From NCBI GenBank assembly GCA_963920595.1, contig OY986948.1, positions 5,332,001 to 5,396,000 of the forward strand: a stretch of DNA of 64,000 nt, written 5' to 3'. The notes under the pieces were generated by a model. The model did no database searches, was not told the DNA's origin, and saw only the letters and a program-made list of their open reading frames with translations. This stretch comes from Eimeria praecox. Lineage: Eukaryota. This document shows, one piece after another, positions 51,301 through 64,000 of the stretch. The first letter of the stretch is position 1; each line of letters opens with the position of its first letter. A program made the position numbers and the translations under genes.

Positions 51301-54300
51301 ATTTGTTTCTGGTCGATGGCACGCATGGTTGCTGATGCAAATGCACACAGATTTGTGGAGCTGGAGTGTGAGGGGAAGTAGGAGTTCGTTTTGATTATGT
51401 TTTGCCTTCACTGAAGCATCTGTAGCGTTGCGATCTCCTGCTGGTATGGGCAGAGAGTATGTTCATGATAGGCTGTCCGGTTGCGTATATGCGGAGCGTT
51501 TCCAGACGTGAACACAGTGTTGCAGGTTTGCCGTACGGGTAGGAAGTTCATTTTCTACTTGGAGTTATGAATGCGATCCCGTTTGAGGCTGCCTTGTGGC
51601 AAGCATGGGTGGAAGCATGCAAATTGTGAAGGTGCAGTGTCGGGAGAAGTGGGACGTCGCTTTATTTTGAGTGTGTTGCTGTGGGATATGTAGATGGAGG
51701 GTTGATTGGGGGCTGGGATGTTAGGGTTGGCTACAAGGCGTGGCATGAGAATCGATTGTATTGAATTGTCGAGGCGGTTTTCGAGGAGCGCTATAAGCAT
51801 TAGTAGGTGGCGGGACCTCACTGAGATTTGCGGCGAGTCTGTGGCAGCATTGATGATTGATCTGATTAGAAGTGACTTTCTTTTCTATGCGAAAGGGGTA
51901 TAGCAGTTACAGGGTCTCAGCGGAGTAACACTTTAGGATGCATTGCTCTCCTCTGCACGGTGGTTGCGCAGAAGAACGCGCAACCGACATCTTGTTGCAT
52001 AGCTACTGGTTAAAACGCATGATAGGCGAGCTCATAGTGCATGTTGGTGTTAGGCGAGAATAGTTTAGCCCTTTTGTGTTTGGCTTGGTTGCAATTTCTG
52101 AATGGGTGGATGATGTCCTTTCGCAGTTGCCATTTCGCGGCATGGTATTTGCAGCACCTTTCCTTAGTTCGAGGCGGCCAAGGCGTCAGAGGGCACCCTC
52201 GTACACATGCGTGATTTTTTTTTCTGTGTGTCTTAACAAGCGTTTGATTTCCGTTGTTCTTCCTTCGACCAGCGATTTGGCGAGGGTGTCCGATGCGGCC
52301 ACGTGCACTGGTTTGCAGTTGATATCGAGGTTTAGCATGGCTGAGTTGCAGTGGGCGAACTCATCGCTGTGTGCTAATAGGAGGATGTGCTGATAGGAGT
52401 ACAGTCAGTGTTTGGCAGATAGGTAGAGGGTTTGCATGCGTGGGCGTGGAGGTTTCTGCATACGCGGCACGCGCATGTACGTGCCACAGCGTGGGCAGCG
52501 TGTCGGAGCGGTTATTGGCGTTGCAGTCGGGCACGTTTCTGTCCAGGAAGTATGCACATCATTAGGTGCTATTTGTTTGGATACGCAAGGCCTGCAGGAG
52601 CTCCAATGTGTCGAAAAACGGGTGAGGCACATAAAGCCAAATCATCGTTTTTTGAGTGCAGCTCTAAGCGGGCTTACATTTGTTTCTGGTCGATGGCACG
52701 CATGGTTGCTGATGCAAATGCACACAGATTTGTGGAGCTGGAGTGTGAGGGGAAGTAGGAGTTCGTTTTGATTATGTTTTGCCTTCACTGAAGCATCTGT
52801 GGCGTTGCGATCTCCTGCTGGTATGGGCAGAGAGTATGTTCATGATAGGCTGTCCGGTTGCGTATATGCGGAGCGTTTGCAGACGTGAACACAGTGTTGC
52901 AGGTTTGCCGTACGGGTAGGAAGTTCATTTTCTACTTGGAGTTATGAATGCGATCCCGTTTGAGGCTGCCTTGTGGCAAGCATGGGTGGAAGCATGCAAA
53001 TTGTGAAGGTGCAGTGCCGGGAGAAGTGGGACGTCGCTTTATTTTGAGTGTGTTGCTGTGGGATATGTAGATGGAGGGTTGATTGGGGGCTGGGATGTTA
53101 GGGTTGGCTACAAGGCGTGGCATGAGAATCGATTGTATTGAATTGTCGAGGCGGTTTTCGAGGAGCGCTATAAGCATTAGTAGGTGGCGGGACCTCACTG
53201 AGATTTGCGGCGAGTCTGTGGCAGCATTGATGATTGATCTGATTAGAAGTGACTTTCTTTTCTATGCGAAAGGGGTATAGCAGTTACAGGGTCTCAGCGG
53301 AGTAACACTTTAGGATGCATTGCTCTCCTCTGCACGGTGGTTGCGCAGAAGAACGCGCAACCGACATCTTGTTGCATAGCTACTGGTTAAAACGCATGAT
53401 AGGCGAGCTCATAGTGCATGTTGGTGTTAGGCGAGAATAGTTTAGCCCTTTTGTGTTTGGCTTGGTTGCAATTTCTGAATGGGTGGATGATGTCCTTTCG
53501 CAGTTGCCATTTCGCGGCATGGTATTTGCAGCACCTTTCCTTAGTTCGAGGCGGCCAAGGCGTCAGAGGGCACCCTCGTACACATGCGTGATTTTTTTTT
53601 CTGTGTGTCTTAACAAGCGTTTGATTTCCGTTGTTCTTCCTTCGACCAGCGATTTGGCGAGGGTGTCCGATGCGGCCACGTGCACTGGTTTGCAGTTGAT
53701 ATCGAGGTTTAGCATGGCTGAGTTGCAGTGGGCGAACTCATCGCTGTGTGCTAATAGGAGGATGTGCTGATAGGAGTACAGTCAGTGTTTGGCAGATAGG
53801 TAGAGGGTTTGCATGCGTGGGCGTGGAGGTTTCTGCATACGCGGCACGCGCATGTACGTGCCACAGCGTGGGCAGCGTGTCGGAGCGGTTATTGGCGTTG
53901 CAGTCGGGCACGTTTCTGTCCAGGAAGTATGCACATCATTAGGTGCTATTTGTTTGGATACGCAAGGCCTGCAGGAGCTCCAATGTGTCGAAAAACGGGT
54001 GAGGCACATAAAGCCAAATCATCGTTTTTTGAGTGCAGCTCTAAGCGGGCTTACATTTGTTTCTGGTCGATGGCACGCATGGTTGCTGATGCAAATGCAC
54101 ACAGATTTGTGGAGCTGGAGTGTGAGGGGAAGTAGGAGTTCGTTTTGATTATGTTTTGCCTTCACTGAAGCATCTGTGGCGTTGCGATCTCCTGCTGGTA
54201 TGGGCAGAGAGTATGTTCATGATAGGCTGTCCGGTTGCGTATATGCGGAGCGTTTCCAGACGTGAACACAGTGTTGCAGGTTTGCCGTACGGGTAGGAAG

Positions 54301-57300
54301 TTCATTTTCTACTTGGAGTTATGAATGCGATCCCGTTTGAGGCTGCCTTGTGGCAAGCATGGGTGGAAGCATGCAAATTGTGAAGGTGCAGTGCCGGGAG
54401 AAGTGGGACGTCGCTTTATTTTGAGTGTGTTGCTGTGGGATATGCAGATGGAGGGTTGATTGGGGGCTGGGATGTTAGGGTTGGCTACAAGGCGTGGCAT
54501 GAGAATCGATTGTATTGAATTGTCGAGGCGGTTTTCGAGGAGCGCTATAAGCATTAGTAGGTGGCGGGACCTCACTGAGATTTGCGGCGAGTCTGTGGCA
54601 GCATTGATGATTGATCTGATTAGAAGTGACTTTCTTTTCTATGCGAAAGGGGTATAGCAGTTACAGGGTCTCAGCGGAGTAACACTTTAGGATGCATTGC
54701 TCTCCTCTGCACGGTGGTTGCGCAGAAGAACGCGCAACCGACATCTTGTTGCATAGCTACTGGTTAAAACGCATGATAGGCGAGCTCATAGTGCATGTTG
54801 GTGTTAGGCGAGAATAGTTTAGCCCTTTTGTGTTTGGCTTGGTTGCAATTTCTGAATGGGTGGATGATGTCCTTTCGCAGTTGCCATTTCGCGGCATGGT
54901 ATTTGCAGCACCTTTCCTTAGTTCGAGGCGGCCAAGGCGTCAGAGGGCACCCTCGTACACATGCGTGATTTTTTTTTCTGTGTGTCTTAACAAGCGTTTG
55001 ATTTCCGTTGTTCTTCCTTCGACCAGCGATTTGGCGAGGGTGTCCGATGCGGCCACGTGCACTGGTTTGCAGTTGATATCGAGGTTTAGCATGGCTGAGT
55101 TGCAGTGGGCGAACTCATCGCTGTGTGCTAATAGGAGGATGTGCTGATAGGAGTACAGTCAGTGTTTGGCAGATAGGTAGATGGTTTGCATGCGTGGGCG
55201 TGGAGGTTTCTGCATATGCGGCACGCGCATGTACGTGCCACAGCGTGGGCAGCGTGTCGGAGCGGTTATTGGCGTTGCAGTCGGGCACGTTTCTGTCCAG
55301 GAAGTATGCACATCATTAGGTGCTATTTGTTTGGATACGCAAGGCCTGCAGGAGCTCCAATGTGTCGAAAAACGGGTGAGGCACATAAAGCCAAATCATC
55401 GTTTTTTGAGTGCAGCTCTAAGCGGGCTTACATTTGTTTCTGGTCGATGGCACGCATGGTTGCTGATGCAAATGCACACAGATTTGTGGAGCTGGAGTGT
55501 GAGGGGAAGTAGGAGTTCGTTTTGATTATGTTTCGCCTTCACTGAAGCAGCTGTGGCGTTGCGATCTCCTGCTGGTATGGGCAGAGAGTATGTTCATGAT
55601 AGGCTGTCCGGTTGCGTATATGCGGAGCGTTTGCAGACGTGAACAGAGTGTTGCAGGTTTGGCGTACGGGTAGGAAGTTCATTTTCTACTTGGAGTTATG
55701 AATGCGATCCCGTTTGAGGCTGCCTTGTGGCAAGCATGGGTGGAAGCATGCAAATTGTGAAGGTGCAGTGCCGGGAGAAGTGGGACGTCGCTTTATTTTG
55801 AGTGTGTTGCTGTGGGATATGTAGATGGAGGGTTGATTGGGGGCTGGGATGTTAGGGTTGGCTACAAGGCGTGGCATGAGAATCGATTGTATTGAATTGG
55901 CGAGGCGGCTTTCGAGGAGCGCTATAAGCATTAGTAGGTGGCGGGACCTCACTGAGATTTGCGGCGAGTCTGTGGTAGCAGTGATGATTGATCTGATTAG
56001 AAGTGACTTTCTTTTCTATGCGAAAGGGGTATAGCAGTTACAGGGTCTCAGCGGAGTAACACTTTAGGATGCATTGCTCTCCTCTGCACGGTGGTTGCGC
56101 AGAAGAACGCGCAACCGACATCTTGTTGCATAGCTACTGGTTAAAACGCATGATAGGCGAGCTCATAGTGCATGTTGGTGTTAGGCGAGAATAGTTTAGC
56201 CCTTTTGTGTTTGGCTTGGTTGCAATTTCTGAATGGGTGGATGATGTCCTTTCGCAGTTGCCATTTCGCGGCATGGTATTTGCAGCACCTTTCCTTAGTT
56301 CGAGGCGGCCAAGGCGTCAGAGGGCACCCTCGTACACATGCGTGATTTTTTTTTCTGTGTGTCTTAACAAGCGTTTGATTTCCGTTGTTCTTCCTTCGAC
56401 CAGCGATTTGGCGAGGGTGTCCGATGCGGCCACGTGCACTGGTTTGCAGTTGATATCGAGGTTTAGCATGGCTGAGTTGCAGTGGGCGAACTCATCGCTG
56501 TGTGCTAATAGGAGGATGTGGTGATAGGAGTACAGTCAGTGTTTGGCAGATAGGTAGAGGGTTTGCATGCGTGGGCGTGGAGGTTTCTGCATATGCGGCA
56601 CGCGCATGTACGTGCCACAGCGTGGGCAGCGTGTCGGAGCGGTTATTGGCGTTGCAGTCGGGCACGTTTCTGTCCAGGAAGTATGCACATCATTAGGTGC
56701 TATTTGTTTGGATACGCAAGGCCTGCAGGAGCTCCAATGTGTCGAAAAACGGGTGAGGCACATAAAGCCAAATCATCGTTTTTTGAGTGCAGCTCTAAGC
56801 GGGCTTACATTTGTTTCTGGTCGATGGCACGCATGGTTGCTGATGCAAATCCACACAGATTTGTGGAGCTGGAGTGTGAGGGGAAGTAGGAGTTCGTTTT
56901 GATCATGTTTTGCCTTCACTGAAGCATCTGTGGCGTTGCGATCTCCTGCTTGTTTGGGCAGAGAGTATGTTCATGATAGGCTGTCCGGTTGCGTATATGC
57001 GGAGCGTTTGCAGACGTGAACAGAGTGTTGCAGGTTTGGCGTACGGGTAGGAAGTGCATTTTCTACTTGGAGTTATGAATGCGATCCCGTTTGAGGCTGC
57101 CTTGTGGCAAGCATGGGTGGAAGCATGCAAATTGTGAAGCTGCAGTGCCGGGAGAAGTGGGACGTCGCTTTATTTTGAGTGTGTTGCTGTGGGATATGTA
57201 GATGGAGGGTTGATTGGGGGCTGGGATGTTAGGGTTGGCTACAAGGCGTGGCATGAGAATCGATTGTATTGAATTGGCGAGGCGGTTTTCGAGGAGCGCT

Positions 57301-60300
57301 ATAAGCACTGGTAGGTGGCGGGACCTCACTGAGATTTGCGGCGAGTCTGTGGTAGCATTGATGATTGATCTGATTAGAAGTGACTTTCTTTTCTATGCGA
57401 AAGGGGTATAGCAGTTACAGGGTCTCAGCGGAGTAACACTTTAGGATGCATTGCTCTCCTCTGCACGGTGGTTGCGCAGAAGAACGCGCAACCGACATCT
57501 TGTTGCATAGCTACTGGTTAAAACGCATGATAGGCGAGCTCATAGTGCATGTTGGTGTTAGGCGAGAATAGTTTAGCACTTTTGTGTTTGGCTTGGTTGC
57601 AATTTCTGAATGGGTGGATGATGTCCTTTCGCAGTTGCCATTTCGCGGCATGGTATTTGCAGCACCTTTCCTTAGTTCGAGGCGGCCAAGGCGTCAGAGG
57701 GCACCCTCGTACACATGCGTGATTTTTTTTTCTGTGTGTCTTAACAAGCGTTTGATTTCCGTTGTTCTTCCTTCGACCAGCGATTTGGCGAGGGTGTCCG
57801 ATGCGGCCACGTGCACTGGTTTGCAGTTGATATCGAGGTTTAGCATGGCTGAGTTTCAGTGGGCAAACTCATCGCTGTGTGCTAATAGGAGGATGTGGTG
57901 ATAGGAGTACAGTCAGTGTTTGGCAGATAGGTAGATGGTTTGCATGCGTGGGCGTGGAGGTTTCTGCATATGCGGCACGCGCATGTACGTGCCACAGCGT
58001 GGGCAGCGTGTCGGAGCGGTTATTGGCGTTGCAATCGGGCACGTTTCTGTCCAGGAAGTATGCACATCATTAGGTGCTATTTGTTTGGATACGCAAGGCC
58101 TGCAGGAGCTCCAATGTGTTTGAAAACGGGTGAGGCACATACAGCCAAATCATCGTTTTTTGAGTGCAGCTCTAAGCGGGCTTACATTTGTTTCTGGTCG
58201 ATGGCACGCATGGTTGCTGATGCAAATGCACACAGATTTGTGGAGCTGGAGTGTGAGGGGAAGTAGCAGTTCGTTCTGATTATGTTTTGCCTTCACTGAA
58301 GCATCTGTGGCGTTGCGATCTCCTGCTGGTATGGGCAGAGAGTATGTTCATGATAAGCTGTCCGGTTGCGTATATGCGGAGCGCTTGCAGACGTGAACAG
58401 AGTGTTGCAGGTTTGGCGTACGGGTAGGAAGTGCACTTTCTATTTGGACTTATGAATGCGATCCCGTTTGGGGCTGCCTTGTGGCAAGCATGGGTGGAAG
58501 CATGCAAATTGTGAAGGTGCAGTGCCGGGAGAGGTGCGACGTCGCTTTATTTTGAGTGTGCTGCTGTGGGATATGTAGATGGAGGGTTGATTGGGGGCTG
58601 GGATGTTAGGGTTGGCTACAAGGCGTGGCATGAGAATCGATTGTATTGAATTGGCGAGGCGGTTTTCGAGGAGCGCTATAAGCATTAGTAGGTGGCGGGA
58701 CCTCACTGAGATTTGCGGCGAGTCTGTGGTAGCATTGATGATTGATCTGATTAGAGGTGACTTTGTTTTCTATGCGAAAGGGGTATAGCAGTTACAGGGT
58801 CTCAGCGGAGTAACACTTTAGGATGCATTGCTCTCCTCTGCACGGTGGTTGCGCAGAAGAACGCGCAACCGACATCTTGTTGCATAGCTACTGGTTAAAA
58901 CGCATGATAGGCGAGCTCATAGTGCATGTTGGTGTTAGGCGAGAATAGTTTAGCACTTTTGTGTTTGGCTTGGTTGCAATTTCTGAATGGGTGGATGATG
59001 TCCTTTCGCAGTTGCCATTTCGCGGCATGGTATTTGCAGCACCTTTCCTTAGTTCGAGGCGGCCAAGGCGTCAGAGGGCACCCTCGTACACATGCGTGAT
59101 TTTTTTTTCTGTGTGTCTTAACAAGCGTTTGATTTCCGTTGTTCTTCCTTCGACCAGCGATTTGGCGAGGGTGTCCGATGCGGCCACGTGCACTGGTTTG
59201 CAGTTGATATCGAGGTTTAGCATGGCTGAGTTGCAGTGGGCGAACTCATCGCTGTGTGCTAATAGGAGGATGTGGTGATAGGAGTACAGTCAGTGTTTGG
59301 CAGATAGGTAGATGGTTTGCATGCGTGGGCGTGGAGGTTTCTGCATATGCGGCACGCGCATGTACGTGCCACAGCGTGGGCAGCGTGTCGGAGCGGTTAT
59401 TGGCGTTGCAGTCGGGCACGTTTCTGTCCAGGAAGTATGCACATCATTAGGTGCTATTTGTTTGGATACGCAAGGCCTGCAGGAGCTCCAATGTGTCGAA
59501 AAACGGGTGAGGCACATAAAGCCAAATCATCGTTTTTTGAGTGCAGCTCTAAGCGGGCTTACATTTGTTTCTGGTCGATGGCACGCATGGTTGCTGATGC
59601 AAATGCACACAGATTTGTGGAGCTGGAGTGTGAGGGGAAGTAGGAGTTCGTTTTGATTATGTTTCGCCTTCACTGAAGCAGCTGTGGCGTTGCGATCTCC
59701 TGCTGGTATGGGCAGAGAGTATGTTCATGATAGGCTGTCCGGTTGCGTATATGCGGAGCGTTTGCAGACGTGAACAGAGTGTTGCAGGTTTGGCGTACGG
59801 GTAGGAAGTTCATTTTCTACTTGGAGTTATGAATGCGATCCCGTTTGAGGCTGCCTTGTGGCAAGCATGGGTGGAAGCATGCAAATTGTGAAGGTGCAGT
59901 GCCGGGAGAAGTGGGACGTCGCTTTATTTTGAGTGTGTTGCTGTGGGATATGTAGATGGAGGGTTGATTGGGGGCTGGGATGTTAGGGTTGGCTACAAGG
60001 CGTGGCATGAGAATCGATTGTATTGAATTGGCGAGGCGGCTTTCGAGGAGCGCTATAAGCATTAGTAGGTGGCGGGACCTCACTGAGATTTGCGGCGAGT
60101 CTGTGGTAGCAGTGATGATTGATCTGATTAGAAGTGACTTTCTTTTCTATGCGAAAGGGGTATAGCAGTTACAGGGTCTCAGCGGAGTAACACTTTAGGA
60201 TGCATTGCTCTCCTCTGCACGGTGGTTGCGCAGAAGAACGCGCAACCGACATCTTGTTGCATAGCTACTGGTTAAAACGCATGATAGGCGAGCTCATAGT

Positions 60301-63300
60301 GCATGTTGGTGTTAGGCGAGAATAGTTTAGCCCTTTTGTGTTTGGCTTGGTTGCAATTTCTGAATGGGTGGATGATGTCCTTTCGCAGTTGCCATTTCGC
60401 GGCATGGTATTTGCAGCACCTTTCCTTAGTTCGAGGCGGCCAAGGCGTCAGAGGGCACCCTCGTACACATGCGTGATTTTTTTTTCTGTGTGTCTTAACA
60501 AGCGTTTGATTTCCGTTGTTCTTCCTTCGACCAGCGATTTGGCGAGGGTGTCCGATGCGGCCACGTGCACTGGTTTGCAGTTGATATCGAGGTTTAGCAT
60601 GGCTGAGTTGCAGTGGGCGAACTCATCGCTGTGTGCTAATAGGAGGATGTGGTGATAGGAGTACAGTCAGTGTTTGGCAGATAGGTAGAGGGTTTGCATG
60701 CGTGGGCGTGGAGGTTTCTGCATATGCGGCACGCGCATGTACGTGCCACAGCGTGGGCAGCGTGTCGGAGCGGTTATTGGCGTTGCAGTCGGGCACGTTT
60801 CTGTCCAGGAAGTATGCACATCATTAGGTGCTATTTGTTTGGATACGCAAGGCCTGCAGGAGCTCCAATGTGTCGAAAAACGGGTGAGGCACATAAAGCC
60901 AAATCATCGTTTTTTGAGTGCAGCTCTAAGCGGGCTTACATTTGTTTCTGGTCGATGGCACGCATGGTTGCTGATGCAAATGCACACAGATTTGTGGAGC
61001 TGGAGTGTGAGGGGAAGTAGGAGTTCGTTTTGATCATGTTTTGCCTTCACTGAAGCATCTGTGGCGTTGCGATCTCCTGCTTGTTTGGGCAGAGAGTATG
61101 TTCATGATAGGCTGTCCGGTTGCGTATATGCGGAGCGTTTGCAGACGTGAACAGAGTGTTGCAGGTTTGGCGTACGGGTAGGAAGTGCATTTTCTACTTG
61201 GAGTTATGAATGCGATCCCGTTTGAGGCTGCCTTGTGGCAAGCATGGGTGGAAGCATGCAAATTGTGAAGCTGCAGTGCCGGGAGAAGTGGGACGTCGCT
61301 TTATTTTGAGTGTGTTGCTGTGGGATATGTAGATGGAGGGTTGATTGGGGGCTGGGATGTTAGGGTTGGCTACAAGGCGTGGCATGAGAATCGATTGTAT
61401 TGAATTGGCGAGGCGGTTTTCGAGGAGCGCTATAAGCACTGGTAGGTGGCGGGACCTCACTGAGATTTGCGGCGAGTCTGTGGTAGCATTGATGATTGAT
61501 CTGATTAGAAGTGACTTTCTTTTCTATGCGAAAGGGGTATAGCAGTTACAGGGTCTCAGCGGAGTAACACTTTAGGATGCATTGCTCTCCTCTGCACGGT
61601 GGTTGCGCAGAAGAACGCGCAACCGACATCTTGTTGCATAGCTACTGGTTAAAACGCATGATAGGCGAGCTCATAGTGCATGTTGGTGTTAGGCGAGAAT
61701 AGTTTAGCACTTTTGTGTTTGGCTTGGTTGCAATTTCTGAATGGGTGGATGATGTCCTTTCGCAGTTGCCATTTCGCGGCATGGTATTTGCAGCACCTTT
61801 CCTTAGTTCGAGGCGGCCAAGGCGTCAGAGGGCACCCTCGTACACATGCGTGATTTTTTTTTCTGTGTGTCTTAACAAGCGTTTGATTTCCGTTGTTCTT
61901 CCTTCGACCAGCGATTTGGCGAGGGTGTCCGATGCGGCCACGTGCACTGGTTTGCAGTTGATATCGAGGTTTAGCATGGCTGAGTTTCAGTGGGCAAACT
62001 CATCGCTGTGTGCTAATAGGAGGATGTGGTGATAGGAGTACAGTCAGTGTTTGGCAGATAGGTAGAGGGTTTGCATGCGTGGGCGTGGAGGTTTCTGCAT
62101 ATGCGGCACGCGCATGTACGTGCCACAGCGTGGGCAGCGTGTCGGAGCGGTTATTGGCGTTGCAGTCGGGCACGTTTCTGTCCAGGAAGTATGCACATCA
62201 TTAGGTGCTATTTGTTTGGATACGCAAGGCCTGCAGGAGCTCCAATGTGTCGAAAAACGGGTGAGGCACATAAAGCCAAATCATCGTTTTTTGAGTGCAG
62301 CTCTAAGCGGGCTTACATTTGTTTCTGGTCGATGGCACGCATGGTTGCTGATGCAAATCCACACAGATTTGTGGAGCTGGAGTGTGAGGGGAAGTAGGAG
62401 TTCGTTTTGATCATGTTTTGCCTTCACTGAAGCATCTGTGGCGTTGCGATCTCCTGCTTGTTTGGGCAGAGAGTATGTTCATGATAGGCTGTCCGGTTGC
62501 GTATATGCGGAGCGTTTGCAGACGTGAACAGAGTGTTGCAGGTTTGGCGTACGGGTAGGAAGTGCATTTTCTACTTGGAGTTATGAATGCGATCCCGTTT
62601 GAGGCTGCCTTGTGGCAAGCATGGGTGGAAGCATGCAAATTGTGAAGCTGCAGTGCCGGGAGAAGTGGGACGTCGCTTTATTTTGAGTGTGTTGCTGTGG
62701 GATATGTAGATGGAGGGTTGATTGGGGGCTGGGATGTTAGGGTTGGCTACAAGGCGTGGCATGAGAATCGATTGTATTGAATTGGCGAGGCGGTTTTCGA
62801 GGAGCGCTATAAGCACTGGTAGGTGGCGGGACCTCACTGAGATTTGCGGCGAGTCTGTGGTAGCATTGATGATTGATCTGATTAGAAGTGACTTTCTTTT
62901 CTATGCGAAAGGGGTATAGCAGTTACAGGGTCTCAGCGGAGTAACACTTTAGGATGCATTGCTCTCCTCTGCACGGTGGTTGCGCAGAAGAACGCGCAAC
63001 CGACATCTTGTTGCATAGCTACTGGTTAAAACGCATGATAGGCGAGCTCATAGTGCATGTTGGTGTTAGGCGAGAATAGTTTAGCACTTTTGTGTTTGGC
63101 TTGGTTGCAATTTCTGAATGGGTGGATGATGTCCTTTCGCAGTTGCCATTTCGCGGCATGGTATTTGCAGCACCTTTCCTTAGTTCGAGGCGGCCAAGGC
63201 GTCAGAGGGCACCCTCGTACACATGCGTGATTTTTTTTTCTGTGTGTCTTAACAAGCGTTTGATTTCCGTTGTTCTTCCTTCGACCAGCGATTTGGCGAG

Positions 63301-64000
63301 GGTGTCCGATGCGGCCACGTGCACTGGTTTGCAGTTGATATCGAGGTTTAGCATGGCTGAGTTTCAGTGGGCAAACTCATCGCTGTGTGCTAATAGGAGG
63401 ATGTGGTGATAGGAGTACAGTCAGTGTTTGGCAGATAGGTAGATGGTTTGCATGCGTGGGCGTGGAGGTTTCTGCATATGCGGCACGCGCATGTACGTGC
63501 CACAGCGTGGGCAGCGTGTCGGAGCGGTTATTGGCGTTGCAATCGGGCACGTTTCTGTCCAGGAAGTATGCACATCATTAGGTGCTATTTGTTTGGATAC
63601 GCAAGGCCTGCAGGAGCTCCAATGTGTTTGAAAACGGGTGAGGCACATACAGCCAAATCATCGTTTTTTGAGTGCAGCTCTAAGCGGGCTTACATTTGTT
63701 TCTGGTCGATGGCACGCATGGTTGCTGATGCAAATGCACACAGATTTGTGGAGCTGGAGTGTGAGGGGAAGTAGCAGTTCGTTCTGATTATGTTTTGCCT
63801 TCACTGAAGCATCTGTGGCGTTGCGATCTCCTGCTGGTATGGGCAGAGAGTATGTTCATGATAAGCTGTCCGGTTGCGTATATGCGGAGCGCTTGCAGAC
63901 GTGAACAGAGTGTTGCAGGTTTGGCGTACGGGTAGGAAGTGCACTTTCTATTTGGACTTATGAATGCGATCCCGTTTGGGGCTGCCTTGTGGCAAGCATG
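45383..64000. repeat. 1377-bp tandem repeat array, >=13.5 near-identical copies, runs off the window end
   Basis: The marker ORF MFGLVAISEW... starts at 46568, 47945, 49322 ... 63092 (exact period 1377). accagcgatttgg occurs at 45383 and 46760. Confidence 0.99.
46191..46218 (+). other. Canonical G-quadruplex motif in the 1377-bp unit (recurs every 1377 bp; also at 43666-43693)
   Basis: GGG-ttgatt-GGGGG-ct-GGG-atgtta-GGG fits G3+N1-7 x4 and is unchanged in the copies inspected. Motif match only. Confidence 0.6.

Noticed and set aside
12757..64000. Recurring 60-133 aa ORFs read as a tandem gene array; unit lengths 1824 and 1377 are multiples of 3
   Set aside because: The ORFs are short, overlap in several frames on both strands, are rich in C/R/S and resemble no family I recognise. 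Stops appear and vanish between copies, and other rearrangement lengths (643, 2525, 1411) are not multiples of 3. A codon-position substitution test, also under alternative genetic codes, would be decisive.
1..64000. CRISPR array or rDNA/5S/snRNA tandem cluster
   Set aside because: No short repeats with unique spacers and no cas-like ORFs. I recognise no rRNA or snRNA sequence in any unit. An Rfam/Infernal scan was not run.

Overview
The window is almost entirely non-coding tandem-repeat (satellite-type) DNA. I find no credible protein-coding gene, RNA gene, transposase or CRISPR array. The ORF track mostly shows the same short chance ORFs recurring at the repeat periods. Layout: (1) 1-~6110, a strongly G+T-skewed satellite of ~420-bp monomers, with a homogenised 844-bp dimer core (564-4842, ~5 copies) and diverged monomers on both sides. 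(2) ~6110-10600, an apparently unique spacer in which ~6.8-9.9 kb carries colinear, highly degenerate copies of motifs from the downstream satellite. (3) ~10600-12756, about 1.5 moderately diverged ~1.41-kb monomers. (4) 12757-42857, a highly homogeneous 1824-bp array (~16.5 copies). (5) 42858-45382, a chimeric 2525-bp junction block. (6) 45383-end, a homogeneous 1377-bp array (>=13.5 copies) related to the 1824-bp unit. The organisation resembles eukaryotic centromeric, pericentromeric or subtelomeric satellite; this is inference, and neither organism nor function can be determined from the sequence. Two signals stand out. First, there is a readable, layered record of how the satellite evolved (fossil copies, ancestral monomer, two derived families, nascent higher-order repeats). 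Second, each amplified unit carries a canonical G-quadruplex motif on the + strand, and in the two long families the motif spans a family-specific deletion junction. All alignments were done by eye.
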